From: an uncultured virus (IMG/VR IMGVR_UViG_3300008108_000027)
Taxonomy: Duplodnaviria > Heunggongvirae > Uroviricota > Caudoviricetes
Strand: one strand, 5' to 3'
IMG/VR virus record: IMGVR_UViG_3300008108_000027
DNA: 64,000 nt
Position numbers and translations under genes: made by a program
Notes under the pieces: model-generated
What the model was told of the DNA's origin: nothing
The model's input: only the letters and a program-made list of their open reading frames with translations
Databases searched by the model: none
Shown: in pieces, positions 10,801 through 23,232 of the stretch
Numbering within the stretch: the first letter of the stretch is position 1
Layout: the number at the start of each line of letters is the position of its first letter

Positions 10801-12464
10801 GCTTCCGCAATACCAAAAAGAGCGGCCGTCACAAATTCTTTTATAAATAAAGAAATCACGTTACCGATATATTCAATAAAATTTAATACCGTTAAAATGA
10901 AAAATTGAAATCTATGATTTCTAACCGCATCGTTTACAGGAAAATAATTATTAACATTTTCACAATCATCTTTTTCTTGTGGCCAGTTTTCTTTAATACC
11001 AATAAAAGATTCTCTTCTATCCTTTTTAAAAAAACTAAATGCCCTTTCTAATGCACTTGTTTTATAATATTTGTTTATAAATTCACTAACGGTGTATATT
11101 CTACCGTATCTAAATTGGTAAAAATAGTCTTGTGGAACCCCGTAGTTATCACTAGTAATTGCGTCCACACTTGTTCCGGCAATTTCTTTTCTTGCGTCAG
11201 GAGGATAATCATCAATATTAGTACTAAATGAATATGATCTACTATCAATTGTTGTTGGTGATCCTTGAAAACTTGTATCACCTATATGATATTCCCTAAC
11301 ATTTGGTACTAAGAATTTACCCGTAAATCTATTTCTAGCACCAGTATCTTCAGTCAATGAAAAACGAAATCTATAATTACCTTGTGTGGCAATACCGATA
11401 TTCTTGTCATTTGTTTCATAATATTCACCAAACTCATTTGTGGCAATATATTTCATATTCATTGGTATTCTAAAAAAGAATACACCATTCTCATCTATTG
11501 TACTATCTATATCAAAAAATTCAAGTATTGGTCTGTCTATATTTGGTGATCCGTCAGGATTTTTCTCATAATTTCCAGTAAATCTAATTGATTCGACATC
11601 ACCTTTGAATGTTATCAATCTACATTTTTCACCCATTTGGTTGTCAACGTTACAGTTCACCCTTAACGCATCTTTACCTGAATCGGTAAAACTACCTCCC
11701 GCAATTATTGCATACGGGTCAATTCTTACTCCTTGAGAAGATAAATCAAAATCAACTCTAGTGATTGCAATTTGACATAACTCTTGGTTGCCCCAAAAAG
11801 GATAAACCTCAATAGATTTATCATAACTAACAATTTGTGGTAAAGAATCAATATCCGACGCACTTTTATATGTGTATTTATTTACGAATTTTTCTTCAGA
11901 TATACCATCGTAAATAAAATCATATGGTACTAATGATTGACATCCCGCATCAGACATATCTAGGTCAATATGTAATGTTTGGTTACCTAATGGTACCCCC
12001 CATATCATAAAATCACCCGCTTCATTTGTTTTTACGGTGTACCTATAATATTTTTCAAAAACCTCTAAAACTTCCTCTCTATTTAAGATGTCAGATTGAT
12101 CAGGAAATGTACCTGTTGGTACGTGTCCTGTATGTTGTTTTCTAGCCGGTAATAGGTTATATCTATAATTTGAATCGTTTCTTTGATCTATTGATCTATA
12201 AGGATACAACTCAGATAAAACAGGATCATTTTCATCAACATCTGATATTGGTACAAAAATAGAAACTCTGGCATTTGGGAGACCAAAACCATTATTAACC
12301 GATATTCTACCAACAACAACACCATAATCACCACAAAATGATGAGTAAGCCTCTTGTTGTGAAAATTTTAAAGATAGTATTTCTAGTAAATCGTAGTCTT
12401 GTTTTAATTCTACGGTTATTTTTTGATCTACACCTATGTCTGTATAAATTCTATGTTTTTGCAT
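7863..12464 (-). CDS. Large baseplate-associated/structural protein with a central Cys-rich insertion
   Basis: 1533 aa; N-terminal beta-sandwich-like segment (GVVVGRISVNNGFGLPNARVSIF...TNEAGDFMIWGVPLG); directly downstream of the baseplate wedge gene. Confidence 0.6.
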   Translation of the reverse strand: MQKHRIYTDIGVDQKITVELKQDYDLLEILSLKFSQQEAYSSFCGDYGVVVGRISVNNGFGLPNARVSIFVPISDVDENDPVLSELYPYRSIDQRNDSNYRYNLLPARKQHTGHVPTGTFPDQSDILNREEVLEVFEKYYRYTVKTNEAGDFMIWGVPLGNQTLHIDLDMSDAGCQSLVPYDFIYDGISEEKFVNKYTYKSASDIDSLPQIVSYDKSIEVYPFWGNQELCQIAITRVDFDLSSQGVRIDPYAIIAGGSFTDSGKDALRVNCNVDNQMGEKCRLITFKGDVESIRFTGNYEKNPDGSPNIDRPILEFFDIDSTIDENGVFFFRIPMNMKYIATNEFGEYYETNDKNIGIATQGNYRFRFSLTEDTGARNRFTGKFLVPNVREYHIGDTSFQGSPTTIDSRSYSFSTNIDDYPPDARKEIAGTSVDAITSDNYGVPQDYFYQFRYGRIYTVSEFINKYYKTSALERAFSFFKKDRRESFIGIKENWPQEKDDCENVNNYFPVNDAVRNHRFQFFILTVLNFIEYIGNVISLFIKEFVTAALFGIAEAIASSGVSNDAAARTFRRGKEFQFTNIFRLQLLVYPDCYDCNEDNEETPVQTPPVAPTADDYKNKPPVATNFTVEEKYEIRRNTDICRKYVFRNYSSSACTLTYIDCDDVSRTIYLPVEENPSNGIEVCAKKGQTITIPPGFGSQVTATQQSPGAYCSGNADDSLYFTYPCDAYTFKNIGLSAFTINNFVDCNNASGNTITVPTGTSGNTFVFCAKRGQSFTIPPQFTGVTYTTSSTSAYCNRCGGTGIDVFSNYTGSTVDGAIMNRKYLLEITPLIGTDPQYIFIGCGTNYPIIYSGQYGRWKVGGGVYSVLASFLADETNTRYDTPIQNSVHEDHGCVFPISKLIYVEDCSDVSAPDPNLPSGIEEEGCNKYDFIIDTKWTEDGGGGSMNLQAFVFPLYNGGTPLQEYAAARNVLMGCRPGDCYPTNSSTYNVGCISNGSIGAGTSLWDQLDGNYSTNILQSHPDPCFSGVPCNVGAVASIYAKWPTDPNGGFRNATTRCIVNGAYAGEVKKKGPYYCDQGLTQRGTLSGYSEFRDGVYSIVPLAGNTFTMLKSFRRRKLFHKLMCGGVVSYTFNDSWLLGSLYFFQFMKRGSNRFCKECVYKVQDATGLHFYYRSTPYSPSYSASETQYDYDPATGTQLGVNTSLTSDYANKTKGFYGQVRAIDYGANFSTPLPFMNLIGDLFNGLNYKREINFPTTIIDLGPRNTWINEICTDPELDVNCSISRSIGATSYKGLDDLMEYIVQSKEIKERGKLDVQDLFDARANGLIDGDIAQLMNFNTQSGIFPFEYEESFSPYTAQYSTVFDGKGPVGLDFVFSEDDPDTVTFERAGELIRKCLNEPTRLGDVSQRVPYYMWDTIGHGFGESTTGNIGSDEGQSYYSGKIYNQKIQLMKGNMNPDPNANPLDDDYFDPYVLPPIRDCIDAGSGEKKYNDNYKEHTVNGVKRHTMEIGIPFHYYFGLRKGKTAFDKFIEFYGPF

Positions 12465-12521
12465 AATTCTTATAATAAATAGAAACTAGTTGATTTTCTA
12501 TTAATATAAAGAAAAATGTTT

Positions 12522-14354
12522 TTAGTATGTAGTCGAACCTAATGTTTTTACCCTAACTTTTATATCTTTATTTGGGAATCTTATTTGATATATTTGATTT
12601 GCTTTCATAAAGATGGTTTTATCGGATTGTAGAATTTCCCTTGTTACATCATCTACATACGGTTGTGAAACCTCAGCAGTGGAATATTCTCCCCCTAATA
12701 AGTTAAATGCTCTAATATCAACAACATTTATTACACCGTTTACATTACCAAGTTCTTTAAATAGATCACCCAAAAATAAAGGGTCTCCCATTTTTCTACC
12801 ATCTATACTAAATGAAGTAATTGTTTTATTTATTGTTTCTTTAATTACTTCTGTCTTGTTTACGTTCTTATCTATGATTAAGTCTATTTCTAAACCCAAA
12901 TCTATTACTTGACCACTAACAATATCGATGTAATCATTTATCATTCTAAATTCAGATAAATAATTTAAAATATTATTTTTTAATGTATTGGAGACGATAT
13001 CAATTAAATTACCTCTATCATCATATGATAATAATTTAATTCTAACTTTATTATCTTCTTCCATAACTTCAACTTTGGCGGGTGCCCCATATGTGGATGG
13101 CATTGTTTCAATCAAAGATTTATAGTCATTTAAAGTGACCGCCCTATTTTGTGCGGCAAAATTATATGCAATTAAATTTCTTAATTCTTCTATTGTTGGT
13201 TGATCGGAACCGCCAACAGCCGGTGTTATATTAGTTACGTTTAATGTGTTAATAACTTGATTATTAATTGTACTATTTGGACCATTAACATTGAATTCCA
13301 CTTCATCAACACTGTTTATTACATTTACACCGAGATTAGTACTTTTACCACCACCAATTCTATATTTTACAAATAATGTTGTCCCAACCTTGGGTAATGC
13401 ACCTAATGAAAGATTATTTAGATAAACACCTAAATTTACTTTCATATTATTAGTCATAAAATTATCTAAATTATCTAATGGATCAACATTTCCAGACCCA
13501 AACGTTAACGAAAAATAACCCTCTGGTGTATATTCCGTAACAAACTTGTTAGTTACATTTATATAATTTCCTGCTTTAAAATTATCTCTATCAGATACAG
13601 ATGTTGGATCGGGAACAAAAACTTTATCTTCAATTAGTGATTTAACCTCATACCATTTATTTGTTGACGTATTAAATTCACCAGAATTTGGATTGGATGA
13701 GAAACTAGTTCCTTCTTTGTGTATTACTGCAGTAACACCCAAAACATTTTGTTCGGGTAAATAAAGTTTTAAAAATGGTTTTTGATCTAACTCATTTATG
13801 ACTCTTCTAAAAATTCTTGAAACACCATTAACAACTGGTTCTCTTTTAACGATTGTATATGATACTAACTGATTATTTGCATCAAAGTTTGGTATTTTCA
13901 ATCTATTTGGTTCACCTCTATTATTAAACGGATTTGAAAAATCAATATCGTCAATAGTTTCAAATACCTGTCCCCCACCAGAAACTTGTGCACCCCCTTT
14001 TAAAATACCTTCATATCTTTCATCTTCTTTATCACCTCTAACTGGAACTGTTATTGAAAAATCACACAACGCAACCGAAGGTCTATTTCCAGGTATTTTT
14101 AAACCATATGTTTTAGCAATGAAAAATAGAGATTGTCTTTGTTGTGCAAAATCCAACATTGTTTCTTGCCAAACTCTATCAATGTGAAAATGTAGGTTAT
14201 CTGCAACAGCCGCATTTATATCTAATAAAACAGAATATATAGATGCGTCGTTAGTGTTCTTAATTAGATCGGGATAATAATCTTTGGTCATTCTAACCAA
14301 TTCTTCTCTTAAACCAGCGAAATCCCTTGTTGCGTATGATATTTTTTTTGCCAT
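12522..14354 (-). CDS. Baseplate wedge subunit (T4 gp6 / baseplate J-like)
   Basis: N-terminal YATRDF motif, GGSDQPTIEE...AQNRAVTLNDY motif; follows the gp25-like gene. Confidence 0.85.
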   Translation of the reverse strand: MAKKISYATRDFAGLREELVRMTKDYYPDLIKNTNDASIYSVLLDINAAVADNLHFHIDRVWQETMLDFAQQRQSLFFIAKTYGLKIPGNRPSVALCDFSITVPVRGDKEDERYEGILKGGAQVSGGGQVFETIDDIDFSNPFNNRGEPNRLKIPNFDANNQLVSYTIVKREPVVNGVSRIFRRVINELDQKPFLKLYLPEQNVLGVTAVIHKEGTSFSSNPNSGEFNTSTNKWYEVKSLIEDKVFVPDPTSVSDRDNFKAGNYINVTNKFVTEYTPEGYFSLTFGSGNVDPLDNLDNFMTNNMKVNLGVYLNNLSLGALPKVGTTLFVKYRIGGGKSTNLGVNVINSVDEVEFNVNGPNSTINNQVINTLNVTNITPAVGGSDQPTIEELRNLIAYNFAAQNRAVTLNDYKSLIETMPSTYGAPAKVEVMEEDNKVRIKLLSYDDRGNLIDIVSNTLKNNILNYLSEFRMINDYIDIVSGQVIDLGLEIDLIIDKNVNKTEVIKETINKTITSFSIDGRKMGDPLFLGDLFKELGNVNGVINVVDIRAFNLLGGEYSTAEVSQPYVDDVTREILQSDKTIFMKANQIYQIRFPNKDIKVRVKTLGSTTY

Positions 14355-14355
14355 C

Positions 14356-14805
14356 TTATATGTTAATAATTATAAAGTCGGAAGACGAAAATGTACCATT
14401 ATTTACAGTATAGTCTATTTTTACTTTTGCGGTATATGGTTTTGTAGAATAATCGGAAACTCTAAATAGTCTATTGTCTTCATCCTCCATTGATGCAATT
14501 GGTCTATCAGGATCATCTTCACCAGACATTATTTTTATTGAGTTTATATCCAAATTTGGTATATATTTTCTAACACTTTCTCTAATTTCATCTTCAATTA
14601 AATTATATGCAACTATATCATTTTGATCAAAAATGTATTCATATAATCTAGTACCAAAGTCGGGTAAATAATATCTACTACCCTTCCTTGTTAATAGAAG
14701 ATGTAATAAATTTGCTCTCACCTCTTTTTCGGTAGTTTCGGTCATTCTTAAAAAATCACCTTTTCTACTATCTCTAAATGGATAATCTATACCATATGTC
14801 GCCAT
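14356..14805 (-). CDS. Baseplate wedge subunit, gp25/GPW-like
   Basis: LLLTRKGSRYYLPDFGTRLYEYIF motif; start re-assigned to ATG 14805 (MATYGIDYPF), which follows a TATTTAT motif. Confidence 0.85.
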   Translation of the reverse strand: MATYGIDYPFRDSRKGDFLRMTETTEKEVRANLLHLLLTRKGSRYYLPDFGTRLYEYIFDQNDIVAYNLIEDEIRESVRKYIPNLDINSIKIMSGEDDPDRPIASMEDEDNRLFRVSDYSTKPYTAKVKIDYTVNNGTFSSSDFIIINI

Positions 14806-14842
14806 GTTTATAAATATAATGAATATTAAAATGGTAATAAAT

Positions 14843-14869
14843 AAAAAATCGCAACATATGTTGCGATTT
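14843..14869 (-). terminator. Intrinsic terminator (24 bp perfect palindrome with T-tract)
   Basis: aaatcgcaacat/atgttgcgattt at 14846-14869, running into a T-rich tract on the minus strand after the RNR operon. Confidence 0.7.
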
Positions 14870-14876
14870 AAAATTT

Positions 14877-17418
<2,542 letters not shown>

Positions 17419-17448
17419 CTCTGTTTTTAATTTATGTTTTGTTTATTA

Positions 17449-18825
17449 TTATTTTTTAACCATCTCCTGTCTCTTCAAAAAGGCTTCTTTGGCTCTATTT
17501 TGATTGTTCTGTACCTTTTGTTCTTCATGACCCAAAAGTGTATTCTGAGACTCTGTATCGATAAGTAAGAATTGATTATCGAATTTACAGTTTTGGAACA
17601 CAACACCATCTTTACCTATACGAGATTTAAGTAATGTTAATGTTGCTAAATTATGTTCCTTTTGTTCTAATGTTTTACCTATTGAAATGATAACGTGACC
17701 TATCTGAGCCTTTTTAATTGATCCACCCATTTGATCTGTTGTTACTACTTCAGATGATATCGATCCCCTATTACCTTGAGTGGCGGTCCAAATAACAATA
17801 TCGAATTCTGTAGTCATGGCTTCTAAACTTCTCATTATAGAACCTTCTCCTTTCCATTCTTCCCCATTTGCAGATCTTTCAGGTGAGATACAATCAACAT
17901 AATCAATAACCAATAAATCAATATTAAAACCTTCAGATTTGAACTTTCTTATTTTAGATTTTATTTCACCTATTGTAATATTATCACTCGGTAGTTTTAA
18001 TATTTTAATTTGACCTTTGGTATTTTCATTAACCTCATTAATTTTTTCAATAACTTCTTTTTCATTATCCGGTTGATCATCAGGTGCAATACCTGTCCAA
18101 ATAGTATAGTGTTTTCTTTTAATGTTATTTACATTATCTTCGAAAACTATTTGAAGAACATTGAAACCGTATATATATGCAGTGTTAGATATTTTCGTAA
18201 GTATTGTTGTTTTACCTGTACCTGTTGGTGCTAAAACAACTCCAAGTTCACCTCTACCTAAACCACCTTTCAATAAATTATCGATACCATGAATACCGGT
18301 TGGAATTGGATGTCTATAGTCTTTTTTAAGAGCATCTTCAATGTTATCCAAAACATCTTCAACATCATCATTGGTTATACCAACTTGTAATGCCTTTTGA
18401 ATGATATGTTCGATTTTTGAATATTCCTCAAAATTACCATTCTCAATAATGTTTGTTACCGTTTTTAATTCTCTTTTTAAATTCTGTTGTTTACAAAAAT
18501 TAAGTGCGGTATCTTTCACATACATTATATCATCTTCGGTACTGTTTTTAATATTTTCTAATGTGTCGATATGAATTTTACCATTATCTTTATTTGTGTG
18601 TTCACCCATTATTTTTTGGGCCAAAGTATTGTAATTAGGTATTTTACTATAAGTTCTATGTAATTCTTTTAAATTTTCCATGATATACTTAAAAGAATTA
18701 TTATCAAAATACTTACTTTCTATAACATCAATAATTGTATCTCCATATTTTTTATCTTCTATAATTGCTTTTATTAACGATTGTTGAAACGATGACCCTA
18801 GATGTCCAAAATTTTTTTCCTTCAT
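17449..18825 (-). CDS. dnaB: Replicative DnaB-like (gp41-like) helicase
   Basis: Walker A APTGTGKT, LLVIDYVD, WTATQGNR, KSRIG. Confidence 0.9.
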   Translation of the reverse strand: MKEKNFGHLGSSFQQSLIKAIIEDKKYGDTIIDVIESKYFDNNSFKYIMENLKELHRTYSKIPNYNTLAQKIMGEHTNKDNGKIHIDTLENIKNSTEDDIMYVKDTALNFCKQQNLKRELKTVTNIIENGNFEEYSKIEHIIQKALQVGITNDDVEDVLDNIEDALKKDYRHPIPTGIHGIDNLLKGGLGRGELGVVLAPTGTGKTTILTKISNTAYIYGFNVLQIVFEDNVNNIKRKHYTIWTGIAPDDQPDNEKEVIEKINEVNENTKGQIKILKLPSDNITIGEIKSKIRKFKSEGFNIDLLVIDYVDCISPERSANGEEWKGEGSIMRSLEAMTTEFDIVIWTATQGNRGSISSEVVTTDQMGGSIKKAQIGHVIISIGKTLEQKEHNLATLTLLKSRIGKDGVVFQNCKFDNQFLLIDTESQNTLLGHEEQKVQNNQNRAKEAFLKRQEMVKK

Positions 18826-18837
18826 AATAGTTTTTTA

Positions 18838-19284
18838 TTAAAGTTCGTATTGTAAATAAGTTGTTTCTGGTTGAGACATTGACAGAATTTCAGTCAAATC
18901 TGACAAAATTACTTTTAGTCTTGGTCTAATATCAACCGTGTACCTAACCTTTGGATGATAGTAGTGAGCCGGAAACATTCTTTGAATAAATACATCGTCA
19001 CCGAGCTTAATTTGGATTAAAAAATATTCTTCTAGCTTCTCATTGATATCTTCCACATTATCGGAATTCAAAAAATAATTTTGATTTTCACATAGATAAT
19101 CGGAACTTTTTATTTTTAAATCTTCAGAAATTTTATCTGAAATTTCTTTTACATAATAATGTAAATCCATTGATCTCATTGCCTTCGGATTATGATCTTT
19201 TACGTTAAAGTACCTTTGACAGATAATGTTTTTACCTAATGTCATTAAAAACTCAAATTTTGTGATTTCTTGATTGTTAGTCAT
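18838..19284 (-). CDS. Hypothetical protein in the replication operon
   Basis: 148 aa ORF overlapping the exonuclease stop. Confidence 0.6.
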   Translation of the reverse strand: MTNNQEITKFEFLMTLGKNIICQRYFNVKDHNPKAMRSMDLHYYVKEISDKISEDLKIKSSDYLCENQNYFLNSDNVEDINEKLEEYFLIQIKLGDDVFIQRMFPAHYYHPKVRYTVDIRPRLKVILSDLTEILSMSQPETTYLQYEL

Positions 19285-20296
19285 GATTTTTGATTTTGAT
19301 TATTCTTTTATTTTTTTCTTTTCTGGTTAATCTTAGGAAAGGATTGAAAAATATTGTCCACGCATCGTCTCTTTTTGGTAATACCTGAAATAGACCATCT
19401 TCCATCATCATTTTTATGGTATTTTTATATGATCTACCTTCAGGATCTAATGTTCCATCAATTAACGATTGTATGTCTTCTATTGCTTCTTCGGTTAAAA
19501 ATGGTTGATCTAAACTAACTACTTTGGTATTTAATTCGTAGAACTCTTCTTCTAAAATACCTTTTTTAGTTACCCCACCTAATAAGTTTAATATTGTTTT
19601 ATTATTCTTATCATTTTCAAAAAGAATATTAGTTTTTTCTCTAATTTCTTCTATTGTAACTGGTATGTGTTTGATCTCAGGAAATATAGATATTAATTTT
19701 TTAATTCCAAAATTTCTGATACCAAAAACATTATCGGACGAATCTCCACATAGTATTTTAGCGATCTTTACATTTTTAATGTGGATCTCCTCTTTCAAGT
19801 AAAGAATAGTGTCATTCTCTTTGTATAATTTACCGTGACCCGGATTGTAAATTATTGTACTATCGGAAACCAATTGAGTTAAATCTCCGTCTGAAGAATA
19901 AATAATCTTTTTTTCTTTGGGTGAATTTTGAGTATAATAAGCAATACAGTCATCAGTTTCACAAAAATCATACTGACCCTGTCTAACATATATCTCTTCA
20001 AGATATTGTTTTATTCTGTTTCTTTGATAATTGTATGAACTTATTTCCTCTTCTGATCTTAATCTAGACTTTCTGTTTTCTTTATACCCTTCGTATATAC
20101 GTTTACGTTGAATTGCACCATCTTCACCATCCCAAAAAACGACTATCTTTTCTAAATTATATGTCTCAAAAGATTTTCTAAGTGTATTAAGAAAATGATA
20201 GATACCTCCAATGTGTTGACCCTTGTAGAAGTAATTTTTAACACCGTAGAAACCAATTGTAAGTAAATTGTCACCATCAACAAGTAAGGTTGACAT
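19277..20296 (-). CDS. 5'-3' exonuclease / T4 RNase H-like flap nuclease
   Basis: LLVDGDN, VFWDG, ETDDCIA, SSDGDLTQL and GDSSDNVFGI motifs. Confidence 0.9.
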   Translation of the reverse strand: MSTLLVDGDNLLTIGFYGVKNYFYKGQHIGGIYHFLNTLRKSFETYNLEKIVVFWDGEDGAIQRKRIYEGYKENRKSRLRSEEEISSYNYQRNRIKQYLEEIYVRQGQYDFCETDDCIAYYTQNSPKEKKIIYSSDGDLTQLVSDSTIIYNPGHGKLYKENDTILYLKEEIHIKNVKIAKILCGDSSDNVFGIRNFGIKKLISIFPEIKHIPVTIEEIREKTNILFENDKNNKTILNLLGGVTKKGILEEEFYELNTKVVSLDQPFLTEEAIEDIQSLIDGTLDPEGRSYKNTIKMMMEDGLFQVLPKRDDAWTIFFNPFLRLTRKEKNKRIIKIKNHD

Positions 20297-20326
20297 TAAT
20301 GTTCATATTATTAGTTAAAAATATTG

Positions 20327-21244
20327 TTACCCTTCAATTTCATCATCGTATTGAGAAAATGTTTCCGTCAATTTAAAATCACCTCCACCTAATTTATTAG
20401 TCCAATATGTGGAATATTTTTCCTTATATTCTTCAAGTGATTCTTTTGTGTCAGGAATGTATCCATTGTGTACCGCAATGATTTTACCATCTTTGTACCC
20501 CAAACCATTAACGTGATTTTTAAGTATTGAGATTTTTGTTCTAATTGCGTAAGAAACTTTTCTGCCATCTTTAGTTGCATCAATATGATTGATCCCCGCT
20601 TTCTTTTGATTACCAAATAAGAATACTAATGATGACGCTAACCATAATGCTTCCCCACCTTTAGCCTTAATTTCCGGTTGACCAAATGGATTGTCGGGTA
20701 ACTCAACCCATGGTTGGTTTACAACAACTAAAGTATTGATTAATGGGTTTTCTGCGGTTGGGTAATCTTCTTTTTTAGATTTGGAAATTCTTGAATGAAT
20801 ACCCATACCAATTTTATCAGATAATACCGATGCGTTGTGTTGTTTACCACCTTTACCATCAAATGTCATCTTACAAGGTATTGATCCAATAGAATCCCAT
20901 AGAAAACATATAGACCTATCAATTTCACCTTTTTCTTGTGCATCTAATACCTCATTAATAAACTCTGTTGCTTGTTCAATATAATCAAAACTATCATTAA
21001 AGATAAAATCACCATCCCATTCACCATTACTATCTTTTTCAGCTTTTAATCCTAACTCGACAGCATGATCCCAACTCCATTTTTTTTCTGTAATAATGAA
21101 TACAGGTAAGTGACCTTTCTTTTGAGCGTCTGCTGCCGTTAATACAAGTGCAGTTGTCTTAGATGAATTCGAATGTCCTAAAAACATATTAACACCACCC
21201 ATAACAGGACCGGGTAAATTTTTTAGATAAAAAAACATGGACAC
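20327..21244 (-). CDS. recA: RecA/UvsX-like recombinase, apparently lacking its N-terminal region
   Basis: P-loop GHSNSSKTT, Walker B FLWDSIGS, VVVNQ, KGGEAL, KNH; the P-loop sits only ~23 residues from the available start. Confidence 0.8.
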   Translation of the reverse strand: MSMFFYLKNLPGPVMGGVNMFLGHSNSSKTTALVLTAADAQKKGHLPVFIITEKKWSWDHAVELGLKAEKDSNGEWDGDFIFNDSFDYIEQATEFINEVLDAQEKGEIDRSICFLWDSIGSIPCKMTFDGKGGKQHNASVLSDKIGMGIHSRISKSKKEDYPTAENPLINTLVVVNQPWVELPDNPFGQPEIKAKGGEALWLASSLVFLFGNQKKAGINHIDATKDGRKVSYAIRTKISILKNHVNGLGYKDGKIIAVHNGYIPDTKESLEEYKEKYSTYWTNKLGGGDFKLTETFSQYDDEIEG

Positions 21245-21280
21245 CTACTTGGACATTGTGTCTATGTAAGTGTCCATGTT
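21234..21280 (-). terminator. Long imperfect hairpin after ssb, followed by a T-tract
   Basis: aacatggacac...gtgtccatgtt arms with inner tggaca/tgtcta pairing; TTTTTTT at its 3' end on the minus strand. Confidence 0.65.
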
Positions 21281-21287
21281 CATTAAA

Positions 21288-22124
21288 TTAGAACGGTAAC
21301 TCTGAATCTACATCTTCACTATCTTGAAGATCGGGAGTAGATGATTTCGATACACCGATGGTTTCTTCTGCGGTAGAATCGGATACCCATTTTTTACTAT
21401 CAGAATCCCATCTTGGGGTCTCACCTTTTGCAACCATTTCAAGATATTCTACAGGTTTTTTAGAATAAACATCAGACCAAACCAATTCATCATTAATCCA
21501 TTCTTGAGCGATTGATTCATCACTGTGTAATGGTCCCACGTCTTCGGGGATCACAGAACTAACCGCCGTATATTCTTTACCATTACCTGATTTTGTAAGT
21601 GACAATGTCACGATCAAGTCACGACCTTTTTGTGGATCAGTGATATCTCCCTTGTTTCTCCAAATAGGAATAATTTTGTCCAATACCCCCTCACCTTTTA
21701 TGTTATTTTTAAATCTCCAAAATTTAACACCGTCTTGTTCGTTTTCTCTGTCAATAACTTTAACAATGTAGAATTTTTTTGACCTGTATTGTCTTGCTAA
21801 TTCTTTATCAGAAGCAACACCACTCATATTTAATCCTTCAGCAACTTCATTTAATGGTGAACGATCACCATCTTGTGCTGGATCATATAATTTAAGCCAA
21901 TTACCATCAACTTGAAGTTCGTGGAACTTTACTTCAACAAATGGAGAAGAACCATCCTTTGTTGGGAGGATACGAATTCTTTTTTCTTGTGTTTTAACAC
22001 CTTTAGGTAAGACAGTCGTGAAATACTTTTTCATTCTGTCTTCTTGTGATACTTTGTTTGAGTTGCCACTTGTGGCTTGTTTGTTTTTCTCGTACTGCGC
22101 AAGTACTGAATCTAATGTAGACAT
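21288..22124 (-). CDS. Single-stranded DNA-binding protein (T4 gp32-like)
   Basis: IRILP...PF, DITDPQKGRDL motif, acidic C-terminus ending SELPF; upstream of recA. Confidence 0.8.
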   Translation of the reverse strand: MSTLDSVLAQYEKNKQATSGNSNKVSQEDRMKKYFTTVLPKGVKTQEKRIRILPTKDGSSPFVEVKFHELQVDGNWLKLYDPAQDGDRSPLNEVAEGLNMSGVASDKELARQYRSKKFYIVKVIDRENEQDGVKFWRFKNNIKGEGVLDKIIPIWRNKGDITDPQKGRDLIVTLSLTKSGNGKEYTAVSSVIPEDVGPLHSDESIAQEWINDELVWSDVYSKKPVEYLEMVAKGETPRWDSDSKKWVSDSTAEETIGVSKSSTPDLQDSEDVDSELPF

Positions 22125-22171
22125 GCTTTAAAATTTAAATGTTTATAAAATGATTATGATAAAATATAAAT

Positions 22172-22199
22172 AAAAAAAACCAGATTCGGAAATCTGGTC
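22172..22199 (-). terminator. Intrinsic terminator
   Basis: accagatt-cgga-aatctggt hairpin with an A-run on the plus strand (T-tract on minus). Confidence 0.7.
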
Positions 22200-22225
22200 T
22201 TAGTTTTTTTTAAAAAAAAATTATT

Positions 22226-22597
22226 TTACTCTAATGTTAACAAATATTTCATTTTTTGAACTAAACCTAATATTTCATCCCTTAAATTCAACAAATTTGT
22301 ATCTTCAGGATCTATTTGTGAGGTCATTTGTTTCAATGCCTGACATATTGCTTCCGCCATTTCCATTGGTTTAGCCTCTGATAAATTAATTAAATTTATA
22401 TTTTTTGTTTCATCATCAAGTTTAAATCTACCGTATTGACCCATTGCCTGTTCAACAAATTCATCCATTAAATCATCCAATTGTTCTCTAATTTTTGCAA
22501 ACGATTCGTGTCTGGCGATACTTTTAGTCTGCCAATGAAAAATCTTTAATTGTGCATGTAATCCTATAAATAAATTTATATTAGAATTTATATTCAT
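22226..22597 (-). CDS. Ferritin/Dps-like four-helix protein (DUF5856-like)
   Basis: HWQT...RH...DEFVE and LRDEIL...YLLTL pattern similar to Dps ferroxidase helices. Confidence 0.65.
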   Translation of the reverse strand: MNINSNINLFIGLHAQLKIFHWQTKSIARHESFAKIREQLDDLMDEFVEQAMGQYGRFKLDDETKNINLINLSEAKPMEMAEAICQALKQMTSQIDPEDTNLLNLRDEILGLVQKMKYLLTLE

Positions 22598-23228
22598 CTT
22601 CTTGTTGATCGGGGTTAAAAGATTGTCTTATTGCATCGGTTGAATAACTTTCAACATCACTTTTTGTTAAAACATATTCATTTTTACCTGATGCCCTCAT
22701 TTGATCTTGTTTATTAGCGAAAAATTGTTGTGGATTTTGATTAAATGGATACGAATCTAACGAACGCATTTCAAGTCTTTCTTGTGGAGTTTTTTCTTTC
22801 AATGTTTCCATTTTAGAATCCAATTTATTTATTCTATCCATCACCATATCCATTTGTGATAATTTTTGTTCTAAATCAGTTAATTTAGAAAAAACATCAT
22901 CCATTTTATTTATGACAGATGAATTGTCTTGTTTTCTATCTTCTAATTCTTTTTTAACACTTTTGGTCATATTAACCAAATCAGTTATATCAATTTCTTC
23001 CGTATCTGTAGTCGGAGCGGGTCCTGCAGCATCAGTTGGTGCCCCTCCCGCTGCGGAGTCTGGAGGAGGTATTGCACCGGGTGGTGGTGCACCCGCATCA
23101 GGAGGTGGGGGTGCCCCCATATCACCTGGTGGGGGAGGTGGAACGTCTTGTTCCATTATTAATTTATTTGCGTATCTATTGATACTCCTAAAACGTTCTA
23201 ATTCTTCTTGTATTGTATTTTTTGCCAT
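22581..23228 (-). CDS. Hypothetical protein with a Pro-rich linker and coiled coil, possibly virion-internal
   Basis: 215 aa; poly-Pro/Ala/Gly stretch followed by a heptad-rich region. Confidence 0.6.
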   Translation of the reverse strand: MAKNTIQEELERFRSINRYANKLIMEQDVPPPPPGDMGAPPPPDAGAPPPGAIPPPDSAAGGAPTDAAGPAPTTDTEEIDITDLVNMTKSVKKELEDRKQDNSSVINKMDDVFSKLTDLEQKLSQMDMVMDRINKLDSKMETLKEKTPQERLEMRSLDSYPFNQNPQQFFANKQDQMRASGKNEYVLTKSDVESYSTDAIRQSFNPDQQEDEYKF

Positions 23229-23232
23229 AGTA

